A stretch of 64,000 nucleotides of DNA from an uncultured archaeon (lineage in GTDB: Archaea; Iainarchaeota; Iainarchaeia; Iainarchaeales; DTGL01): the NCBI GenBank assembly GCA_964551725.1, contig CAZKED010000003.1, positions 1 through 64,000 of the forward strand. The letters run 5' to 3'. How positions within the stretch are numbered: position 1 is the first letter of the stretch; the number at the start of each line of letters is the position of its first letter. Shown here piece by piece: positions 58,381 to 64,000 of the stretch. The notes below the pieces were generated by a model, which made no database searches, was not told the origin of the DNA, and saw nothing but the letters and a program-made list of their open reading frames with translations. A program made the position numbers and the translations under genes.

Positions 58381-59115
58381 TCAGATTTCCTTTTCTGCCA
58401 GCGTTCTTCTTTCTTTTGTTATTGCAATTTTTTCCGCGCCTTCCTTGCGCGGCAGAACAAACACGAATTTTAGGCTGTCCACTTTTGTGGGAGGATTGCT
58501 CATTATAAAGAAAACAGCGTTGAATGGAAGCTCATATAGAATGCCTCCCTTCGAATCGAGCAATTGCACCGAGTAGTCGCCAGCAGGCACCACGCTTATT
58601 CTCCCTTCGGCGAGGGTTGAAACTTCCTCAATTGTTGCCTCGCCCTTGTCAGTGAGTTCAAAGGTTACTTTGAGGAGGTTGTTCAAATCCTCGAATTTTT
58701 CCGTTCCAGCGCCTTCCATTGGGTTGATTAATCCCTCTGGAACATAATCAGCACCTTCAATTACTTCAACTCCATTTATGTCCTGGTTTCTCGCTTCCCC
58801 CAATACCTGCTGCATCGCCCCAGTCATCGGCTTATCCCCCACCCCCGAGGGCCCCTCGCCACCTATGCCAATGTCAATTAAGCCGGCGCGGGAGAGGAAA
58901 TCCACCACAAAGAATGCCCCTATTGCAATGGAAGCAATTATCAGGGCAACTACAACAAAAATCAAAACCGTGCGCGTTTTTTTCTTTGCAAGTTTTGCCT
59001 TTGGCTTCCCCTTTCTCTCCGCGGTCTTCTCAGTCTCTTCTATCTTTTGGGGTTTTCCCTCGGGCTTTTCTTCCTTTTTTTCCTTTTTTCCTTTTTTTCT
59101 GCCCAAAAGCTTCAT
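58381..59115 (-). CDS. single-TM membrane protein with extracellular beta-rich domain
   Basis: K/E-rich N-terminus, one TM, then GDYSVQLLDSKGGIL..F.....LP; start directly abuts the stop of the 1507-aa gene. Confidence 0.75.
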   Translation of the reverse strand: MKLLGRKKGKKEKKEEKPEGKPQKIEETEKTAERKGKPKAKLAKKKTRTVLIFVVVALIIASIAIGAFFVVDFLSRAGLIDIGIGGEGPSGVGDKPMTGAMQQVLGEARNQDINGVEVIEGADYVPEGLINPMEGAGTEKFEDLNNLLKVTFELTDKGEATIEEVSTLAEGRISVVPAGDYSVQLLDSKGGILYELPFNAVFFIMSNPPTKVDSLKFVFVLPRKEGAEKIAITKERRTLAEKEI

Positions 59116-62100
59116 TTACCTCCACCCCTTTGCAAACAAGTCGAATATGTCGTCAAACCATTCAAGGCTCTCGTCAGTGAACTCCCTGGGCACGCCCTCC
59201 ATGCCTCCTGGCCCCATGATGCTCCTGCCGCCGTTTGCTGTTACGCCGCCGTCACAGCAGACCTCCCATTCGCATTTCTCGCAGTGCTCCGGGTAGGAAT
59301 TGGGGCAGCTTATCCCCCAGCGCTCCTGGAGCTCTTCGTCTGCATCTTGCCAGTAGGCGTAGCCGTACTCGTCGCACAGCAGGAAGGTGTGCCCCAGCTC
59401 GTGCGCGCTTACCTGTTCCTCAACGCCCTCCGCGTAAACACTCGAATACCCAAGGTAAGTGAAGCCCATGGCGCTACAGTAATCCGAATCCGTAAGACCA
59501 ATATAGCGGTCAGCCGGCGCGTTGTTGATGCCGTGATCTGTGATCTTCCATAGCACTTGGTAGCAGGGATCGTCGAGGTTCAAGGGCGCATCCGAGAGCT
59601 TTTTCACCGTTACATTGAATTTTTTCTCCAGCCCTGATTTTTCAATGAAAAAATTCGACTGCCGCTCCGCCTCTTCCTCGAATTCCTGCATTGAGCCCTG
59701 CCAGTTCAATGGGATAACACCGATGACAAAGTCGGGCTTTTCCAGCGAAAAATTGTCGGTAAACTGCTTCTGGCCGTTCACGAAAAACTCCACGGTGTGG
59801 GAACCGTATGCCATTTCTTTATCACTCCCCGCGATTTCCATGAAAGCGTAGGTAATGGAGCTGCCGCTGTTCTCGGCGCGCTTCACCACCTCGCTGATTT
59901 TTCCCTGCGGTCCAGTGAACACCCATTTCAATTCAGCGTTTTTCCCGACATTCCCCAAGTGCACCCTGCTGATGAGCCAGGGGTCAGTGAACTTGAAACT
60001 AGAACTCGGGACATTGCAGGAAAGGTCGTCGTTCAGGTACTTGCATAGCTCGTGGGATTCCACAAGGTTGCCTCTTGAAACATAGAAAGGTGCCTTGTAG
60101 TTGTAGGTAATCATCCTAGAGCCGTCTAGCGCAACGTCAACCGAGGCGAACACCCACCACGTTCCGACCAGGTATTTTCCATAGCCCGCCTGATTTATGT
60201 AAGAGGGCGAGATGTAGTCATAGCTTTCGCCCGGCGTCTCGTCCCCGGAAGTGCCGTCAGGCCAGACCCAGCGCCACCTGTATGCCTTGGGCTCAAAGGT
60301 GTGCACAACCGTGCTGCCCTCGACTGTATCGACTATCTCCTCCGGAACAGTCAGCACTGCAATAACCCACTCGTCGTTTGTGGAAAACCTGTCGGCGGCG
60401 GCCCAGGGCGTGCCGTCGGTGTAAAGACCGTGGGCTGTCACAAGCTCGATGAACAAATGGTCGGTTTCCATGGTAGGCTCTATCCTGAAGGAATCCGTGA
60501 ATTTCAGCTCGCCGTTGTAATAGAACTCGACAATCCAGTCGTTCCTGAAGAGCTCTGTATAGGGCATTCCGTCCAAGTCAAGGTAGTTGGCGTACTGGAA
60601 CTCGCCGATTGACTCCCATTCGACCTCGTATGCCTCCTTGAAATAAGGAGCGAATTCTGTGCCGTGCGAGTTCTTGAAAACCCAGTAGAATGTATCGCCC
60701 TTCCTGGGGTTTGCGATGTTCACCCAGGAAGCGATGTAGGGGTCGGAATCCTTGAAGCTTGTGGACTTGCCGATGCAGTGGAACTCCTTGTCGATGTCCC
60801 TGCACAGGCTGTGCTCTTTTATGCTTGTCTCGCTGGAAATCTCGCAGCCTGTAAGCATCGAAACATACGTGCCTGGCTCTGTGCCAGGGCACTGGTCCTT
60901 GTCGTTGGGGACGTCATCCCCGTCCGAATCATCCTCGCGGTATTTTATTTCAAACGCGTCGGAGAACTGCTTTTCGCCGTTAAGGTAAAAGTCAACACGC
61001 CAGTCAAAACTGACCGCATCGTAGGGGATGTCCTGCGGCCAGTCACCAGGGTCAAGGCTGATGATCGCATAATTCATAAGCTCTTCGCCTGGCTCAAAAA
61101 CGTTCTTAACGATTTCCCTTGAAACCTGCTCTTCCCCGGTTTCCCTGTCAATGTACACGAAATCCCACTTGAGCGCATCGGAATAGGCAAGCTTTTCAAA
61201 AGACACGATGCTGTAGAGGTATTCCTTTCCGTAATAGAAGTAATCCCTTTCAACCCAACTCTCTGTCTCCTCCTCAAATGTCTCGAGGGAGTGTTCTTTT
61301 ACCACGGAATCGCTTGCAGTCTTGCAGCCGAACTCGTTTACTTCCGAGCCTTCCGGAGTTTCAGGGCACATGTCGATGTCATCAGGAATGCCGTCGCCGT
61401 CGGTGTCCTCAACAACCAGGCAGCCCTCGTCTACCACGTTGTCGCAGTCGTCGTCCACGCCGTTGCATTTCTCCTCTGCCCCGGGGTGAATGCTGGCGTT
61501 GCTGTCGTCGCAGTCAATTTCCTCTTCAGAGCCGTCTGAATCGCTGTCCACTATTTCCTCCACCACAGCGGCAGGGGAAGAGCCCCAAGACAAGAGGTAG
61601 AGGTCTGTTTCAGGGTAAGCGCTCCAGCCCCCGGGATGGTGTGCCAGCACAATGTTCTGCCCTGCGCCGTCGATGTAAGAGCCGTCAAAGCCTGCGCTCC
61701 AGCCGGCCCAGCCAAAGAATCCGTGGTGTGGGTCCTGGTAATCGCCTTCCGAGCCTACCAGTATGTTTTCGCGCGTTCCCTGCGCGTTCAAAATGTAACA
61801 CCTGGCGCCGTCCCTGTACACTATTGCAGAGCCTGTGCTGTTCACAGAACACTGCACGCCGCTGCTCTCCCTTTCGGTGATGGGCCAGTGCTCGCCTGAT
61901 GCCCTGTCCCACGCGAAAGAAGGGCCGTTGTACTTGCTTGTGATAACATAGTCCTGCGTTCCGGCAAAGTTTGTGAAGGGGTAGTCGTTTTCTGCGCCGA
62001 AATCCGTTTCCTTTTTCAGCTGTCCGGTGTCAAGGTTGAAAGAGTAAACGTCGTTGTCATAGATGTCCGAGGAGTTGTCGAGCTGGAAGAAAACATCGCT

Positions 62101-63639
62101 CCCAGACATCATGATGTAAGAGCCCCAGCCGAAGTTAGGGTATTGGTCCAGTGCAGCCTTGAATATGAGTTCCTGTGAGCCGTCCCAGCCCACTTTGACC
62201 AGGCCCATGTCGGCCTTGTCGTTTCCCCTGTGGCCGCTCTTGACAAGCGAGACCAGCGCAACGATTTCGTCGCTTTCGTTTATCGCAATCGCTTCGAAAA
62301 TCGAGCCGTCGTAGCCGGGAAACACCGCCAGCTTGCTGAAGCTGAGCTCTGAGCCATCGGAATTCATGAAGCCAAAGTACTCGCCCCAGCTCCAGGCTGT
62401 CTGGTTGTTCTGGTTTGCCCTCTGGGCAAAAAACACCACCTTTGAGCCGTCCCTGCTCAGGAGCGGAGTGTTGAACCTCGACATGTAGTAATAGGTTGTG
62501 CTCCCAGACCTGCCCTCTTCAACGGTCTTGCCCTCGAAGGCGCGCGTGAGGCTGCTGCCGTCCGCGTTCACTGTGTAAATGCTGTAGTGCGCCTTTGTCC
62601 AAGAGCGCTCGTCGCTCAGCCAATACTCCGCAATAAAAGCAACTTTGCTCCCGTCGAAGGAAATCGAGGGGTTCCTCGCGCTTGTCTCGCCTGCAGTAAA
62701 CGGAGTGAGGAGCGTTACCGTGGGAACAACCCGCCCCTCAAGGGGTATAGGTGTGGGAGTCGCAGTAGGGGTCGGAGTCGGGCTTGGGCTCGGGGAAGGG
62801 CTTGGCGAAGGAGATGGACTTGGCGAGGGAGAAGGACTCGGACTGGGAGAAGGGCTTGGACTTGGAGAGGGGCTGGGTGAAGGTGAGGGCGATGGACTAG
62901 GACTCGGGGAGGGGCAAGGGCTAGGGCTTGGAGAAGGGGACGGAGAGGGACTGGGCGAAGGAGAGGGGGAAGGAGAAGGACTCGGCGAGGGCGAGGGTGA
63001 AGGCGATGGAGAGGGACTCGGCGAAGGACTGGGGGAAGGGGATGGACTCGGGCTGGGGCTCGGCGAGGGAGAAGGACTTGGACTCGGGCTCGGGGAAGGA
63101 CTCGGAGAAGGCGATGGGGAGGGCTCGGGCTCCTCGCCCGCGCATTGCCCTGCCAGGGTTGGCGCATAGGTGAATGTAATTTCATCGAAGGTCGGGGAAA
63201 CGTTGGAAAGATTCATTTTTGCGTAGGTGTTTTCTATTGTTTTTACAACGTAAGTGTGGCCAACTATCGCTTTTGGGTTGCACACCCAGTCCCCTTCTGG
63301 AAGTGAGGTCACTGAGTCAAGGGGAACCGACCCGGCGTCCTTGAAGCATTTTAGCCAAAAGTAATTTTCATCCGCTTCGCAGTTTGTAGTTTCTTCCTGT
63401 CCTCCCGTGTCCAGGCCGGCTCCGTCTCCATAGCCGGAAATTGGAGTGCTGTACCAGAATACAACCCTCACATCGCCTGAAAACTGGTCATCAGTGACTG
63501 CACCCGCCGAGAAGTCAAAGTAATCCATGTGAGTGAGTATTATTTCCTCGCATGCCGCGGAAGAAAAAGGCAAAAGCGCCGCTAGGAATAACAGCACGGG
63601 AACAATTTCGATTAACCTGTCCTTTCCCCATGGCGCCAT
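59116..63639 (-). CDS. large secreted multidomain protein with C-terminal HExxH Zn-metalloprotease domain
   Basis: Signal peptide; PS linker; TolB-like [12 protein letters not shown] repeats; DxDxDG Ca-binding repeats; repeated Ig-like units; [14 protein letters not shown] and SIM Met-turn. Confidence 0.85.
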   Translation of the reverse strand: MAPWGKDRLIEIVPVLLFLAALLPFSSAACEEIILTHMDYFDFSAGAVTDDQFSGDVRVVFWYSTPISGYGDGAGLDTGGQEETTNCEADENYFWLKCFKDAGSVPLDSVTSLPEGDWVCNPKAIVGHTYVVKTIENTYAKMNLSNVSPTFDEITFTYAPTLAGQCAGEEPEPSPSPSPSPSPSPSPSPSPSPSPSPSPSPSPSPSPSPSPSPSPSPSPSPSPSPSPSPSPSPSPSPSPSPCPSPSPSPSPSPSPSPSPSPSPSPSPSPSPSPSPSPSPSPSPSPSPTPTPTATPTPIPLEGRVVPTVTLLTPFTAGETSARNPSISFDGSKVAFIAEYWLSDERSWTKAHYSIYTVNADGSSLTRAFEGKTVEEGRSGSTTYYYMSRFNTPLLSRDGSKVVFFAQRANQNNQTAWSWGEYFGFMNSDGSELSFSKLAVFPGYDGSIFEAIAINESDEIVALVSLVKSGHRGNDKADMGLVKVGWDGSQELIFKAALDQYPNFGWGSYIMMSGSDVFFQLDNSSDIYDNDVYSFNLDTGQLKKETDFGAENDYPFTNFAGTQDYVITSKYNGPSFAWDRASGEHWPITERESSGVQCSVNSTGSAIVYRDGARCYILNAQGTRENILVGSEGDYQDPHHGFFGWAGWSAGFDGSYIDGAGQNIVLAHHPGGWSAYPETDLYLLSWGSSPAAVVEEIVDSDSDGSEEEIDCDDSNASIHPGAEEKCNGVDDDCDNVVDEGCLVVEDTDGDGIPDDIDMCPETPEGSEVNEFGCKTASDSVVKEHSLETFEEETESWVERDYFYYGKEYLYSIVSFEKLAYSDALKWDFVYIDRETGEEQVSREIVKNVFEPGEELMNYAIISLDPGDWPQDIPYDAVSFDWRVDFYLNGEKQFSDAFEIKYREDDSDGDDVPNDKDQCPGTEPGTYVSMLTGCEISSETSIKEHSLCRDIDKEFHCIGKSTSFKDSDPYIASWVNIANPRKGDTFYWVFKNSHGTEFAPYFKEAYEVEWESIGEFQYANYLDLDGMPYTELFRNDWIVEFYYNGELKFTDSFRIEPTMETDHLFIELVTAHGLYTDGTPWAAADRFSTNDEWVIAVLTVPEEIVDTVEGSTVVHTFEPKAYRWRWVWPDGTSGDETPGESYDYISPSYINQAGYGKYLVGTWWVFASVDVALDGSRMITYNYKAPFYVSRGNLVESHELCKYLNDDLSCNVPSSSFKFTDPWLISRVHLGNVGKNAELKWVFTGPQGKISEVVKRAENSGSSITYAFMEIAGSDKEMAYGSHTVEFFVNGQKQFTDNFSLEKPDFVIGVIPLNWQGSMQEFEEEAERQSNFFIEKSGLEKKFNVTVKKLSDAPLNLDDPCYQVLWKITDHGINNAPADRYIGLTDSDYCSAMGFTYLGYSSVYAEGVEEQVSAHELGHTFLLCDEYGYAYWQDADEELQERWGISCPNSYPEHCEKCEWEVCCDGGVTANGGRSIMGPGGMEGVPREFTDESLEWFDDIFDLFAKGWR
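62782..63123 (-). repeat. (Pro-Ser)57 coding repeat with one Pro-Cys
   Basis: 342 bp with 6-bp period and synonymously varied codons. Confidence 0.95.
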
Positions 63640-63750
63640 TCTTATCGCTCCTATTGTGCGGTTTTTATTCTGCTACTTTTTGCTACTTTTTATTGCTTTA
63701 TTTTATTTAATACTATCGCAGGTCCAATGCCGGGCTCTTTCGCGGAATTT

Positions 63751-64000
63751 TCAGAGCTTTCTTTTGTCGGTCACATGCTTTGATTTTCCTTCCGTGCGCG
63801 GCAGTGCCCCGGGTTCCATTAACGAAACTTTTGCCCTTATCTGAAGCACAGAAACCAGGCTTTCGGAAAGCTTTTTTTCCGTTGCCGCCAGCGCATTCTT
63901 GTCGTTCCATGTTTTTTCCGAAACTTCAACCTGCACTTCTATTGTGTCCAGGTTGTTGACCCTGTCGACAATTATCTGGTAAAATGGTTCCAGTCCCTCG
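63751..64000 (-). CDS. paaK: phenylacetate--CoA ligase family, C-terminal part (5' end outside window)
   Basis: PFYQIIVDRVNNLDTIEVQVE...EPGALPRTEGKSKHVTDKR. Confidence 0.85.
   Translation of the reverse strand, partial: EGLEPFYQIIVDRVNNLDTIEVQVEVSEKTWNDKNALAATEKKLSESLVSVLQIRAKVSLMEPGALPRTEGKSKHVTDKRKL

Noticed and set aside
62645-63169. 174-aa Gly-Glu/Gly-Leu repeat ORF on the plus strand
   Set aside because: It is the antisense reading of the Pro-Ser repeat

Overview
This is a gene-dense archaeal chromosomal window. The markers are TFB, S8e, L35Ae, Cgi121, archaeal TyrRS and RibL, TATA-type promoters, and intron-less tRNAs with no encoded CCA. Several anabolic genes look bacterial (folC, glyA, ribBA), and there are many short orphan ORFs. 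That mix would fit a DPANN lineage such as Iainarchaeota/Diapherotrites, but this is an inference and was not tested. Contents: (1) housekeeping and purine/folate/flavin genes; (2) a GNAT + RimB-like aspartic protease + tandem RimK-like ATP-grasp pair, one copy catalytically degenerate; (3) a probable unannotated ~90-nt structured RNA with its own TATA box; (4) a thiol/ferredoxin redox cluster (GILT/DsbA-like, glutaredoxin, ferredoxin, DUF59, small rubredoxin-like ORF, FTR catalytic subunit); (5) tRNA-Leu, -Ser and -Asp, the first two each facing a paralogous Zn-ribbon gene; (6) a Tes/GDGT-MAS-type radical SAM enzyme; (7) VOR- and IOR-type oxidoreductases with aminotransferases and AMP-forming acyl-CoA ligases; (8) a 31-aa Lys-rich ORF upstream of a PPC/DUF296 gene; (9) a 1507-aa secreted multidomain metalloprotease with a (PS)57 linker. 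I saw no rRNA, CRISPR array, integrase or transposase. All family calls come from recognising motifs by eye, not from database searches.
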